A stretch of DNA of 64,000 nt from the NCBI GenBank assembly GCA_040767195.1, contig JAXGPA010000002.1:192001-256000 (forward strand), read 5' to 3'. The position numbers and the translations under genes are program-made. Shown here one piece after another: positions 39,301 through 48,300 of this stretch (within the stretch, counting starts at the first letter, position 1; each line of letters starts with the position of its first letter). The stretch is from Syntrophales bacterium (GTDB lineage: Bacteria; Desulfobacterota; Syntrophia; Syntrophales; UBA6807). The notes beneath the pieces are model-generated. The model worked only from the letters and a program-made list of their open reading frames with translations, searched no databases and had not been told where the DNA came from.

Positions 39301-39520
39301 GGCCCTTGAGTTTTCGTTCCAGGGGCATGGTGACGAGCTTTTCCATGTCCGCAGGGGCCACGCCCTCGTATTCGGTGGTCACGAAAACATAGGGTATCGT
39401 GATGTCGGGGAAGGATTCCCGGGGAAGCGTCGCGTAAGCGTAGAGACCGGCAATGACGAGGATCACAAGGAGAGCCAGGACCGCCGACTGCCGCTTCAGG
39501 GCCGATTCGTTTACGATCAT
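36338..39520 (-). CDS. RND efflux transporter permease (AcrB/AcrD/AcrF family)
   Basis: LPRESFPDITIP, GMLVDNAIVIVENI, GVVVNNSIVLID, RFRPVMLTAITTILGLMPM; 1060 aa. Confidence 0.95.
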   Translation of the reverse strand: MIVNESALKRQSAVLALLVILVIAGLYAYATLPRESFPDITIPYVFVTTEYEGVAPADMEKLVTMPLERKLKGLSDVEEIRSTSEEGLSTIAIKFLPRVDLDDALQKVRDKVDQALGDLPSELPDDPVIREVNFSDIPVIRVVLSGPFSLRRLKAFADDLKERIDGVPGVLNTVITGGLEREIHVEFDLDRVAAYSVPFSTLISAVERGNVNMPSGSVDIGPTKYLVRVPEDFKHPGEIFSLVAFVRDGKPVYLRDLAEIRDHYKDPITRSRINGRPSVTLAVQKRSGENILAVAEGVKSAVSAMAPLLPPTVQIDLTSDMSRDVNLMVSDLENNILSGLILVLAVIFFFIGGRSAVFVSLAIPYSMLLTFFFLAAGGITLNMVVLFSLILALGMLVDNAIVIVENIYRQMQEGKPRVRAALEATNEVAWPVITSTVTTLGAFVPMLFWPGIMGEFMKYLPETLILALSSSLFVALVINPVLSARYQSAKPLHAGEARGLPPVKRAYRGFLLWSLDHRFLVVLSAVILLAGSAGAFLLFGKGVEFFPETEPRRAYVFLKAPEGTNLDASDALVRQVEEVVMDYPDISHVIANIGSVGGDPFSQGGTGTHINRVALDFKDLADRSRPSSGIVTEIRRRLLEKIQGAEVQVEQEEEGPPTGPPVNLEISGDDIFRLGDLAARIRGMIGDVSGLVDLKDNFIGGKPEIVVEIDKEKAALLGLDAFTIAYTVKAAINGVKVGVFREGKEEYDIIARLPEKDRRSVESIRRLTISGPGGEAVPLTTVADVRLSSGVGAIMRLDQKRVVTISGNTAGRLANDVIGDIEMRLQEVEWPRNYTYRFTGEQREQEKAAAFLTKAFAAALMLIFLVLLLQFDSFAMPFIILATVFLSLIGVFAGLLITGTAFGIIMTGVGVISLAGVVVNNSIVLIDYYRRLRDGDLGPREALVQAGLTRFRPVMLTAITTILGLMPMATGVSIDFRNLCLCVGGESSQWWGPMAVAVIFGLAFATVLTLNVVPVLLSLVDERTGKNGFPRPAPEKAGILARTVKGLFRNRRRKTGGENE

Positions 39521-40590
39521 TTGACAACCACGGGAATTCCGTCTTCCACGCTGTTCTGACCGGTCACGATGAGCCGGTCGCCGGGAAAGAGTCCACCGGT
39601 GATCTGAACCCTGTCCCTCCGGATGACGCCGATTTCGACGGTCCGGGCTTCGGCGGCGCCGTTCTTCTCGACGAAGACAAGCCGCTCTCCGCCCTTGTCC
39701 ACGACAGCCGCCAGGGGAACGACCAGGGCGCCGGGGATCACGCGGCGGAGGAAGGCCACCCGGACGATCATGCCCGGCCGGATGTCCCGTCCCTGGTTGA
39801 ACAGGACCACCCGGACGGGAAACGTGCGGGTCACGGCGTCCGCCTTGAAGGAGACGAACTCGACGGTGCCGACGAGGCTCCTGTCCGGCAGGGCGTCGAC
39901 GGTGACGAAGGCCTCCTGGCCTACCTTGAGAAAGGAGATATCCCTTTCGGGAACGCTCACGGTGATCTTGATCTTCACCACGTTGACCACGTCGGCCACG
40001 GGGTTCCCCCGGTCCACGTATTCCCCTTCATCGACATAGAGACGGTTGACAAGACCGTTGATGGGGGAACGGATGAACCCCCTTTCGTATTCCACCCGGG
40101 ACTGGCGGAGGAAGCTCAGGGCCTGGGCCCGTTCCGTCATGGACTGGTCCAGCTCTTCCCGGGCCGTCACCCCCCGTTCGAAAAGGCCTTTCCGCCGCTC
40201 GTAGCGGCGGTCGGCGAGGCGGAAGGACGCCTCGGCGCTTTCCAGGGCCGCCTTCAGGGCCGACACGTCGATCTTGGCCAGGAGGTCCCCCGCCTGGACC
40301 TCGTCCCCCTCCTCCGGCCCGATCCACTCGACCAGGCCGTTCAGGTCCGCGGCGAGCCGGACGTCCTGATAGGCCTCCGTCTCGCCGGGAAGGACGAACA
40401 CGTCCTCGAGGGTTTCGGGCTCCACCGTCCGGACGGTGACGGCGACGGCCCCAACCGCTTTCTCCGGAACCTGGGAGCGGGCCGATTCCCCCTCGCAGGC
40501 GCCGGCGAGAAAGGCGAGAAGGGCGGCGAGGAGAAAAAACGGCGGCAGGTGAAATCTCTTTATGCCCGGAGCCACGACTCCCTGAATCAA
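39517..40590 (-). CDS. RND periplasmic adaptor (membrane fusion protein), probable lipoprotein
   Basis: LAGAC lipobox, EEGDEVQAGDLLAKID, IRSPINGLV, IRPGM, GLFPGDRLIVTG. Start placed at the TTG at 40590 after a GGAGG RBS. Confidence 0.92.
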   Translation of the reverse strand: MIQGVVAPGIKRFHLPPFFLLAALLAFLAGACEGESARSQVPEKAVGAVAVTVRTVEPETLEDVFVLPGETEAYQDVRLAADLNGLVEWIGPEEGDEVQAGDLLAKIDVSALKAALESAEASFRLADRRYERRKGLFERGVTAREELDQSMTERAQALSFLRQSRVEYERGFIRSPINGLVNRLYVDEGEYVDRGNPVADVVNVVKIKITVSVPERDISFLKVGQEAFVTVDALPDRSLVGTVEFVSFKADAVTRTFPVRVVLFNQGRDIRPGMIVRVAFLRRVIPGALVVPLAAVVDKGGERLVFVEKNGAAEARTVEIGVIRRDRVQITGGLFPGDRLIVTGQNSVEDGIPVVVK

Positions 40591-40600
40591 AAGGCACCTC

Positions 40601-41404
40601 CTATGATCCGACATCGGACAGGGACGAAAAGAGAAAACCCGAAGACGGGGAAAAAGGTTTCAGGGTCTCCCCCTCGTAAAGGACCTGGTGAAGAAAAAGC
40701 CCGGACGGGGGCGCCGTGTAGTTCGCCGGCTCGTCGCTTCGGGCCGTCATGAACCGCTCCATGTCCTCCCCTTTCAGGGTGCCCCGGCCCGCTTCCACGA
40801 GAACCCCGACCATCCGCCGAACCATCTTCCAGAGGAAATGGGAGCCGGTGAAACGGAAAAAAACGAGGCCGGCGGCTGTCCTCATTTCCGCCTCCGTGAG
40901 GTCCACCAGGGTGGACCGCCCTTTCTCGAGACGGCGGTCACAGAAAGACGCGAAATCGTGGAAGCCCTTGAAAAGCTTTAGAGACGCCTCCATGGCAACC
41001 GGATCCAGGGGGTCCCGGACCCACCAGACGAATCGCTTCCCGAAAGCGGTGCGGCTCCTCGAAAGGACGTAGACGTAACTCCTGGCCACGGCGTGGTGGC
41101 GGGCGTGAAACCGGGGGGAAACCTTTTCGGCGGAAAGAACATTGATATTCGACGGCAGGGCGTCGTTCAAACGCTCCCGAAGGCTTTTTGCCTCCCAGGG
41201 CCTTTCCGTCACCAGGTGCGCCGCCTGGCCGAGGGCGTGAACCCCCGCGTCGGTGCGGCCCGATCCCTGGAAATCGCTCACGGGACCCAGCGTTTTCTCG
41301 GCTACCTGGAGAATCGTCCCCTGGATGCTTCTCGCGTTTTGCTGGGCCTGCCATCCCCGGTAGCCCGTCCCGTCGTATTCGATGATGAGCTTGTATTTGA
41401 ACAC
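40601..41404 (-). CDS. truA: tRNA pseudouridine(38-40) synthase
   Basis: IEYDGTGYRGWQ, GRTDAGVHALGQ, FHAR, HDFASF, FLWKMVRRMVG, TAPPSGLFL. Confidence 0.95.
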   Translation of the reverse strand: MFKYKLIIEYDGTGYRGWQAQQNARSIQGTILQVAEKTLGPVSDFQGSGRTDAGVHALGQAAHLVTERPWEAKSLRERLNDALPSNINVLSAEKVSPRFHARHHAVARSYVYVLSRSRTAFGKRFVWWVRDPLDPVAMEASLKLFKGFHDFASFCDRRLEKGRSTLVDLTEAEMRTAAGLVFFRFTGSHFLWKMVRRMVGVLVEAGRGTLKGEDMERFMTARSDEPANYTAPPSGLFLHQVLYEGETLKPFSPSSGFLFSSLSDVGS

Positions 41405-41545
41405 GGTTCCCGATCCTAAGATTCTTTCACCACAGGAAAAGGGGGCCTCGAGGAGAAAACACCCGCCGGCGGACCCTTAAGTATTCTATTATACCCAAGT
41501 CAGTGGAGAATAAAAACTAAAAGGATGGCGAACCCCTTTTCAGCG

Positions 41546-41574
41546 TGTAGACTTTTTCACGGCGGCAGACGTCT
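41546..41574 (+). promoter_or_regulatory. Candidate ECF sigma promoter
   Basis: TGTAGAC-N17-CGTCT with a T-run after the -35 element, about 30 bp upstream of the four-gene operon that contains the ECF sigma. Confidence 0.5.
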
Positions 41575-41606
41575 TTGGATTCAAAAAAACACCAGGAGAA
41601 GGAACC

Positions 41607-41924
41607 ATGAAAAAAACGGTTTTGACTTTTTTGACTATCGCCATCGCCTCCTGTTTCATTTTCGCCACCCCGGCCATGGCGGGACCGGACCGAGATCGGC
41701 CGTTTCATCAGCAGAAACGGATCCACCGGGAAACCCGGTGCGGTGAACACCCGCGGGGGGAAGCGGGCAAGATGGAATGGAAGAAAAGGGATTTTCGGGC
41801 CCACAAGCGAATGTCCTGGAGAGACGATCTCCTGTCATGGCATGGGAAAGCCTTCCCGGGGTGCCGCCGGGATGGGGCGAGCCGTCATGACCACGGCTTC
41901 AGGCCCTGGGACCGGAAAAGATAG
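41607..41924 (+). CDS. Hypothetical secreted protein, His/Arg-rich
   Basis: Sec signal peptide (MKKTVLTFL...PAMA) and AAGGA RBS; first gene of the ECF operon. Confidence 0.65.
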   Translation: MKKTVLTFLTIAIASCFIFATPAMAGPDRDRPFHQQKRIHRETRCGEHPRGEAGKMEWKKRDFRAHKRMSWRDDLLSWHGKAFPGCRRDGASRHDHGFRPWDRKR

Positions 41925-41968
41925 TCTCCGTGGACATCCCCCCGGGGAAGGGGTAAGATCGGACTACC

Positions 41969-42640
41969 ATGGCACCGAACCGTCAACCCGAACCGGCCCC
42001 TCTCCCCGGGGGGGCCCATGATACCGCCGATCTCGTCCGGGAGGCCCGGCATGGCGGCCAGGGGGCCTTCGTAAGACTGGCGGAAATGTATCGGGAAGAG
42101 ATATATCGCATGGTTTACTACAGGACCCGCTCGCCCATGGACGCCGAAGACCTGACCCAGGACATCTTCCTCAGGGCCTTCGAAAGGATCGGAGGACTCC
42201 GGGACGGCGATGCCTTCCGGAGCTGGCTGTTCCGGATCGCCGTGAACCGGGTGACGGACTTTCAGCGGCAAAAAAGAGTCCTCTCCTGGCTCGGCCTCGC
42301 CCCCCGAAAGAGAGAAGACGAGGCCTTACCCGAAGGAACCGCCGAGCCGGAAGCCCCCCTTTACCTGGAAAAAAAGGAATTCTGGGAGAACTTCCAGAAA
42401 TTTGTCAAAAGGCTGTCCCCCATGGAAAGGGAAGTCTTCATCCTCCGGTTCCTGGACCACCTGGACATCGCCGCCATCGCCCGGGTCCTGGGAAAGAAGG
42501 ACAGCACCGTGAAAACCCACCTTTATCGAGGGCTGGAAAAATTCCGCCGGGAGGAGGCCTTCATGGAATTCGGGGCTTTCCGGGCTACCCGGGCAGGCGA
42601 ATCGATAACGAAACAGGGGACGGAGGAAGAACAACCGTGA
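41969..42640 (+). CDS. ECF RNA polymerase sigma factor
   Basis: Region 2 (DAEDLTQDIFLRAF, FRSWLFRIAVN) and region 4 (LSPMEREVFILRF, IARVLG..DSTVKTHLYRG). Confidence 0.93.
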   Translation: MAPNRQPEPAPLPGGAHDTADLVREARHGGQGAFVRLAEMYREEIYRMVYYRTRSPMDAEDLTQDIFLRAFERIGGLRDGDAFRSWLFRIAVNRVTDFQRQKRVLSWLGLAPRKREDEALPEGTAEPEAPLYLEKKEFWENFQKFVKRLSPMEREVFILRFLDHLDIAAIARVLGKKDSTVKTHLYRGLEKFRREEAFMEFGAFRATRAGESITKQGTEEEQP

Positions 42641-43188
42641 AAGAAGGCAGGGACGGCCATCTCGATGAAAGGGAGATTCTCCAGGCTTTTCTGGGAGAGG
42701 GGGACCTCCCGGCGGAAAGAAAAGACCACCTTGCCGCCTGTCCCCTCTGCCGGCGGGAAAAGGAACGCCTCGAGAACGCCCTTGCGTCCCTGCAACAAAA
42801 GGCGTCGCTCTTCACGCCCGGGCCCTCCCGCCCGGTCACCCTGGAACGGAAGAGGCGCGCTTTCCCCGCGGGCCTGCCACCCCTCCGGGCCGCCCTCGGC
42901 GGCGCCGTTCTCGCCGCCGTGGCCATTTTTCTTCTCTGGGGGAGAGACTCCGGTATCCTTTTTCGAAACGGAGGCGGCACGGCCTTTCCGGAGACCGATC
43001 CCCTCATGACCGAAGTGGCCTTGCTCGTGGAAAACCCGCTTCCCCCGGTGGTGATGGACATGGTTGCCGAAGAGAAGGTCCCCGGTGACGAGGACTTTTT
43101 CCACTTCGTCGCCCCCCTCCCTGAAGAAGAACCAGGGACGGACACCCGCATGAAAGGAGAAATTCCGTGGAAAGAAAATTACTGCTGA
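42637..43188 (+). CDS. Zinc-binding (ZAS) anti-sigma factor with one TM segment
   Basis: HLAACPLC (HxxxCxxC) then a TM helix; overlaps the sigma gene stop codon. Confidence 0.8.
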   Translation: MKEGRDGHLDEREILQAFLGEGDLPAERKDHLAACPLCRREKERLENALASLQQKASLFTPGPSRPVTLERKRRAFPAGLPPLRAALGGAVLAAVAIFLLWGRDSGILFRNGGGTAFPETDPLMTEVALLVENPLPPVVMDMVAEEKVPGDEDFFHFVAPLPEEEPGTDTRMKGEIPWKENYC

Positions 43189-43625
43189 AAACGGCCTCCG
43201 CCCTTTTCCTGTTTCTGGCCCTCGTTCTGGGACCCTTGAGCGCCGTCGCCCAGGAGTTCCCCATGGGCAAGTGGTGGCATGACCGGAGGGCCGTCGGGCA
43301 GCTCGACCTGACGGACGATGAAATTCGCGTTCTCGATGAACAATACGTGAAGACCCGGCGGAACCTTTTCGACCTGAAGAAAGAGGTGGACCGCCAGCAA
43401 TTCGAACTGGACACGCTTTTGGAAAAAGAGTCGTCCACCCGGCCCGAGCTCGTGAGCCAGTTCGAAAAACTCGAAGACGCCCGGGCGGACCTGTCCCGGG
43501 AGCGGTTCAGCTTCATCCTCGAGGCTCGAGAGACCCTCGGCCCGGACCGTTTCATGAAACTGAAGCTGTTCTTCGACGCTCTCCGGGGCTATCGCGGCGA
43601 AGGGCCGGGAAGAAAAACCCGCTGA
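43167..43625 (+). CDS. Periplasmic Spy/CpxP/ZraP-like (heavy-metal sensor family) protein
   Basis: Signal peptide, GKWW, LDLTDDE, helical body, ETLGPDRF. Confidence 0.72.
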   Translation: MERKLLLKTASALFLFLALVLGPLSAVAQEFPMGKWWHDRRAVGQLDLTDDEIRVLDEQYVKTRRNLFDLKKEVDRQQFELDTLLEKESSTRPELVSQFEKLEDARADLSRERFSFILEARETLGPDRFMKLKLFFDALRGYRGEGPGRKTR

Positions 43626-43675
43626 CAGGAATTTTCAGGTTAACCGACGCCACGGCACTGCCTCTCCAGGTGACG

Positions 43676-45511
43676 TCACCGTCTCCCGGGCCCTTCCCCT
43701 CCCGGCTCCCCGACCTTTCCCGGCCCGGGGGCCGGGAGGTTGTCTTCCGCCTTTTTCCGCCAGGCCTCCGCCTCATCCGTTTTTCCCTGCCTTTCCAGGG
43801 CCTGGGCCAGTTCGCGATAAAGGTCCCCGCGGTGTTCCGGCGCGTATTTCACGACAAAGGCGAAGTGTTTTTCCGCCCCCTCGACATCCCCCTCCAGGAG
43901 GGCCAGCCGGCCCAGTTGAAAGTGGGCGTTCACGGCCTTTTGCAGGCCGATGGGGTAATACCCCCTTTCCCGGTCCTCGGGAATCGCGAGGGCCCGGCGG
44001 AAAGAGGCGGCGGCCTTCTCCGTGTCACCACCCCGGAGCGACGCCTGTCCGAGAAAATACAGGGCCACGCCGTAATGGGGCCGGATCTCCAGGGCCGCCT
44101 CGTAATGGGCCGCGGCCGCGTCCACCGCGCCTTTCCCGAGAAGAACGTTCCCTAAATTCACCTCCATGAGGGCGCTGCCGGGCACGACGTCGACGGCCCG
44201 CCTGAAAAGGGACTCGCTGTCCTTCCAGTGGGATACCTGCGAAAAGGTTATGGCCGCCAGGGCCGCGAGAACGACACCGCCGGACGCGGCGAGGAAAGCC
44301 CGTTTCCGCCGCCACCCCCCGAGAAGGTCGGGGACCCCCCAGGCGGCGATGATGAAAAGGCCGACCAGGGGAATGTAGGTATAACGGTCCGCCACGGCAT
44401 GGGATCCCACCTGGACGATCCCGATCATGGGAACCAGGGCCAGGAGATACCACAACCAGCCCGTTACCAGGAAGGGGCGGCGCTTTGCCGCCCTGAAAAC
44501 CAGGAAAGACAGGACGGCCAGGAAAACGGCCGCCGCCGCCGCCTTCAGGTGAAGCACCTGGGGCCCCATGGCCGGCCAGTCCGGAAGGTCCATGGGATGG
44601 GGGTAATAAACGGCCAGAGACAGGGGCCAGACCGTTTTCCAGATGTAAACGACATAAGAATACAGAGCGTTTTCCACCCGCACCGCCAGGGGGATGGCGT
44701 CGAGGGAACGAACGGCGCCCCCGTAATACTGGGCCAGGAAGGTCATGACACTTGACAACAGGGCCAGGCCAAGAAAAGGGGCCTTCTCGAGAAGCAGGCG
44801 CCCCGTGGACGAACCGCCGCCTTCCGGCGCCGCCGTTTTTTTTCTTTTTCTTTCCCCCCCGGCGGGCACGGCGGGCGGCGGCGGGCCCCATCTTTCCAGG
44901 GGCCAGTAATCAAGCAGGAGGAGCAGGAAGGGGAGCGTGACCAGGGTGGGCTTTGAAAGGAGGCTCAGGGTGTAAAGGAGAAGGGCCGCCAGGTAGAGAG
45001 CTCTCCCCTTTCTCTTTGCATACAGAAAATAAAGGGCGATACACCCGAAACCGAAGAAGGCGCTGAGAAGGTCTTTCCGCTCCGATATCCAGGCCACGGA
45101 CTCCACGTGAAGGGGGTGAAGGGCGAAGAGAGCGGCCACGAAGGCGCTTCTCCGGATAGCGCCGGTGCCGATTGCGAGAAGAAGAAACAACAGAATGGTA
45201 TTCGCCCCATGGAAAAAAACGCCGGCCAGGTGGTGACCGCCCGGGTTCATGCCGAAAAGGGACACGTCGGCCATGTGTGAGATCCAGGTCAGGGGATGCC
45301 AGTTGTAGGAATGAAAAGTCCGGAAGGCCCAGCGTATCCCCTCGGGACGAAGCCCTTCCTTAACGGCGGGGTTCGCCGTGACGTAAAGATCGTCGTCCAG
45401 AACGAGGAAGTCGAAACGGGCCGTCTGAAGATAGGGGACACAGGCGGCGAGGAAAAGAAGAAGGGAGAGAAGAACGATCCCGCCATGCTTTTTTGAGATG
45501 AACCTTGACAT
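43676..45511 (-). CDS. Membrane GT-C glycosyltransferase with C-terminal TPRs (TMTC-like)
   Basis: LDDDLYV, NWHPLTW, FALHPLHVESVAWISERKD, LLSKP, ADRYTYIP, WKDSESLF, then TPR repeats. Confidence 0.82.
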   Translation of the reverse strand: MSRFISKKHGGIVLLSLLLFLAACVPYLQTARFDFLVLDDDLYVTANPAVKEGLRPEGIRWAFRTFHSYNWHPLTWISHMADVSLFGMNPGGHHLAGVFFHGANTILLFLLLAIGTGAIRRSAFVAALFALHPLHVESVAWISERKDLLSAFFGFGCIALYFLYAKRKGRALYLAALLLYTLSLLSKPTLVTLPFLLLLLDYWPLERWGPPPPAVPAGGERKRKKTAAPEGGGSSTGRLLLEKAPFLGLALLSSVMTFLAQYYGGAVRSLDAIPLAVRVENALYSYVVYIWKTVWPLSLAVYYPHPMDLPDWPAMGPQVLHLKAAAAAVFLAVLSFLVFRAAKRRPFLVTGWLWYLLALVPMIGIVQVGSHAVADRYTYIPLVGLFIIAAWGVPDLLGGWRRKRAFLAASGGVVLAALAAITFSQVSHWKDSESLFRRAVDVVPGSALMEVNLGNVLLGKGAVDAAAAHYEAALEIRPHYGVALYFLGQASLRGGDTEKAAASFRRALAIPEDRERGYYPIGLQKAVNAHFQLGRLALLEGDVEGAEKHFAFVVKYAPEHRGDLYRELAQALERQGKTDEAEAWRKKAEDNLPAPGPGKVGEPGGEGPGRR

Positions 45512-45564
45512 GATTTACCGTTTCTTTTACCTTTTCCCAAAAAATAAAGGCGTTCAGAGTTTTT

Positions 45565-47085
45565 ATGGCCAGGCGGCGGGAAAAAAGGAGATCCGGCACC
45601 GCTTCTTCACTGGATAAAACACAAGGGGCGGAGACATCAAGGGAAAAATTGTTTTCCCTCCTGATCCTCCTGTCTTTTCTCTATTTCGCCGCCCGGCTCG
45701 TCTATTTCGCCGTTCACGTCGCCCACGGCATTCCCCCCGACGAGGACTTTCACTACGGTCTCTGCCGTGTCTACGCCGGGGCCCTTCTGCTCCCCGGAAG
45801 CGGGGACGCCGATCCCGCTTTCGGCCCCGCGACCCACATTCCCTACCTGTATTATTTTCTCATGGGGAAGATGCTCTCACTGAATGTTTTTCCCCTTTCG
45901 GACCTGGTGTTCCTCCGTCTTGTCAACGGCCTCCTGGCCCTTTTGACGGTGTACACGGGGTATCGCTGGATCCGCCTGATGACCCCGAACCCCCTGGTCC
46001 ATCTTTTTTTCGTCGTCCTTCTCACGAACACCCCCATGTTCAGTTTCCTGGCCGCCGCCGTTTCCTATGACAACCTGACGAACCTGCTGGCCGTGTCGAC
46101 CCTCTTCTTTTTCCACGCCTACCTGAAAAAGAAAGACTCGGAGGCCCTCCTCTGTTTTTTCATCTCCCTCATGGCGGGAACCCTGACCAAAAAAACCTTC
46201 TTTCCCCTCGTGCCGGTTTTTGTTCTCCTTCTCCTTTTTCATGAGCGTAAAAACCTCCGCGCCCTGGCGCGGGCCATCGTCCCCGGGACCGGGACTTTTT
46301 CGAAACGCCGTTTCGGCTTCACGGCCCTCGCCGCCCTTCTTCTCGTTCTCAACGGCACCCTCTACATGGGCAATTACGCCCGGTACGGCACCCTCTTTCC
46401 CGGCGCCTCCCAGATTCTCGGGAAGGAGGAGGCCATGAAATTCCGGATCTATGCCCGGGACAGCGTCACGTCCCGGTATCGTGCCGGTAAAATCAGCTTC
46501 GAGGACGCTCTCGAGCAGGCCAGGGCCATTCCCCACCCCGGGGACCGGATGGATGCCCTCTATCTTCTCGAAAGGGCCAGGAGATACAAGGAGCAGCCCT
46601 ATCCCCTGATGAACCGCCTGGAGTACGTCGGGACATGGCTGACCATCGTCCTGAACCGGACGGTGGGGATCTTCGCCCACCAATCCCTCCGGAAATATGG
46701 TCATCCCTTCACCGTGTACATCGGCATATACCTTTTTGCCCTCATCCTTCTCATCCCCACCTGGCGCCCTTCCGACGGGGAAGGCATGACCACCGACGCC
46801 CTCGTGCTTTTTTTCTTCTACGCCGTCGTCCTCATGCAGTTCGTGAATTATCCCATCTACCTGCAAAGCCTGACGGTGGGAAAGACCGTTCACGGGCGGT
46901 ACCTGTTTCCCGTCATCGTGCCCTTTTACGGAATCATGAGCTTCTACATGCTGAAGCCTTTCGGCCGGAAGATCCAGCTCGGTCTCGTCGCGGTCGTCTC
47001 CCTCTATTTCATCTGGGGGGATTTTCCTTATTTTCTCATGAATGCCGGTCCCCAATGGTTCGCCCAGGGTGCCGGTCCTTTGTAA
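45565..47085 (+). CDS. Polytopic membrane protein, GT-C-like (DUF2142/PMT-like) glycosyltransferase
   Basis: PPDEDFH after TM1, HIPYLYY, VSYDNL, LTK, HGRYLFP; many TM segments. Confidence 0.65.
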   Translation: MARRREKRRSGTASSLDKTQGAETSREKLFSLLILLSFLYFAARLVYFAVHVAHGIPPDEDFHYGLCRVYAGALLLPGSGDADPAFGPATHIPYLYYFLMGKMLSLNVFPLSDLVFLRLVNGLLALLTVYTGYRWIRLMTPNPLVHLFFVVLLTNTPMFSFLAAAVSYDNLTNLLAVSTLFFFHAYLKKKDSEALLCFFISLMAGTLTKKTFFPLVPVFVLLLLFHERKNLRALARAIVPGTGTFSKRRFGFTALAALLLVLNGTLYMGNYARYGTLFPGASQILGKEEAMKFRIYARDSVTSRYRAGKISFEDALEQARAIPHPGDRMDALYLLERARRYKEQPYPLMNRLEYVGTWLTIVLNRTVGIFAHQSLRKYGHPFTVYIGIYLFALILLIPTWRPSDGEGMTTDALVLFFFYAVVLMQFVNYPIYLQSLTVGKTVHGRYLFPVIVPFYGIMSFYMLKPFGRKIQLGLVAVVSLYFIWGDFPYFLMNAGPQWFAQGAGPL

Positions 47086-47115
47086 CGATGAGAAGGGTTT
47101 CAGGACAAGCGCGTC

Positions 47116-48300
47116 ATGAAAAAAAAAGACCCCATCCTTGAACGATGGAAAGCCGGCGTCTCGGATTTTCTCTATGACCGTCTGGAACCCGTGGCCGTAC
47201 GATACCGGGGCATCCTGAAAAAAGTTGCTTTTATCGGTATCACGGGGAGTTATGCCAAAACCACGACCAAGGACCTCATCGCGGCCATTCTGAGAGGCCG
47301 AGCCCGAACCACGGCGACGAAGGGCACCTTGAACAGCCCGCCCCAGATCATCAAGACGATTTTCCGGACAACGCCTTTTCACCATGCCTGCGTTATCGAG
47401 CTGGGAGCGGGCGGACCGGGGAGCCTGGACCGGGGCATCAGGCTCGCCGCCCCTTCCATAGCGGTCATCACCCATGTGGGCCTGGACCACTACAGCGCCT
47501 TTCGATCCCGGGAGGCCGTGGCCGTCGAAAAATCGAAACTCGTCGCCGCCCTTCCTGCCACGGGCGTCGCGATCCTGAATGCCGACGACCCCCTGGTCCT
47601 GGCCATGGGGGAAAAAACAGGCGCCAGAAAGATCCTTTACGGCATCCAGTCTCCCGAGGCCGACCTGCGGGCCTCCCACATCCGATCGTCGTGGCCGGAC
47701 CGGCTCACCTTCACCGTGCACGCAGACGACAGGGCCTTCCCCGTGGAAACGAAGCTCTGCGGCAAACACTGGGTCCCAGCGGTCCTGGCGGCCCTGGGCA
47801 CCGCCCTGGCGATGAATCTGACCCCGGAAGAGGCCCTCCCATCCATTGCGGCCTTCGACCCCCCCGAAAGAAGGATGTCCCCCCTTCCTCTGGGTTTGAA
47901 CATCACCATCATACGGGATGACTACAAGGCCCCTTATCTTTCCGTTCCCTCATGCCTGGACTTTCTGAGGGATGCCCAGGCGAAAAGAAAGATCTTCATC
48001 CTCGGCACCCTGTCGGACTACCCGGGAGACTCCTCGAGAAAATACAAAAGGGTTCTCAAAGAAGCGCTCTCGGTGGCCGAAAAGGTTTTTCTGGTCGGAC
48101 CCTTTCGGGCCCATATCGCAAGCAAGTTGAGTGAAACGGGTTTCGCCGGCCGTACCCGTGGATTTGTCAGCATGGATGACCTGGCCAGGCATCTGTGTGA
48201 AACATCGGAACCGGGAGACCTCATTCTGACCAAGGGAGCCCGTAACCCGGACCGGTTCGACAGACTCGTCGACATCCTGCAAAAAAGACTTCCGTCATAG
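47116..48300 (+). CDS. MurF-like Mur ligase lacking the N-terminal domain
   Basis: IGITGSYAKTTTKDL, VIELG, VITHVGLDH, EKSKL, LNADD, IRDDYKA, DLILTKG. Confidence 0.8.
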   Translation: MKKKDPILERWKAGVSDFLYDRLEPVAVRYRGILKKVAFIGITGSYAKTTTKDLIAAILRGRARTTATKGTLNSPPQIIKTIFRTTPFHHACVIELGAGGPGSLDRGIRLAAPSIAVITHVGLDHYSAFRSREAVAVEKSKLVAALPATGVAILNADDPLVLAMGEKTGARKILYGIQSPEADLRASHIRSSWPDRLTFTVHADDRAFPVETKLCGKHWVPAVLAALGTALAMNLTPEEALPSIAAFDPPERRMSPLPLGLNITIIRDDYKAPYLSVPSCLDFLRDAQAKRKIFILGTLSDYPGDSSRKYKRVLKEALSVAEKVFLVGPFRAHIASKLSETGFAGRTRGFVSMDDLARHLCETSEPGDLILTKGARNPDRFDRLVDILQKRLPS

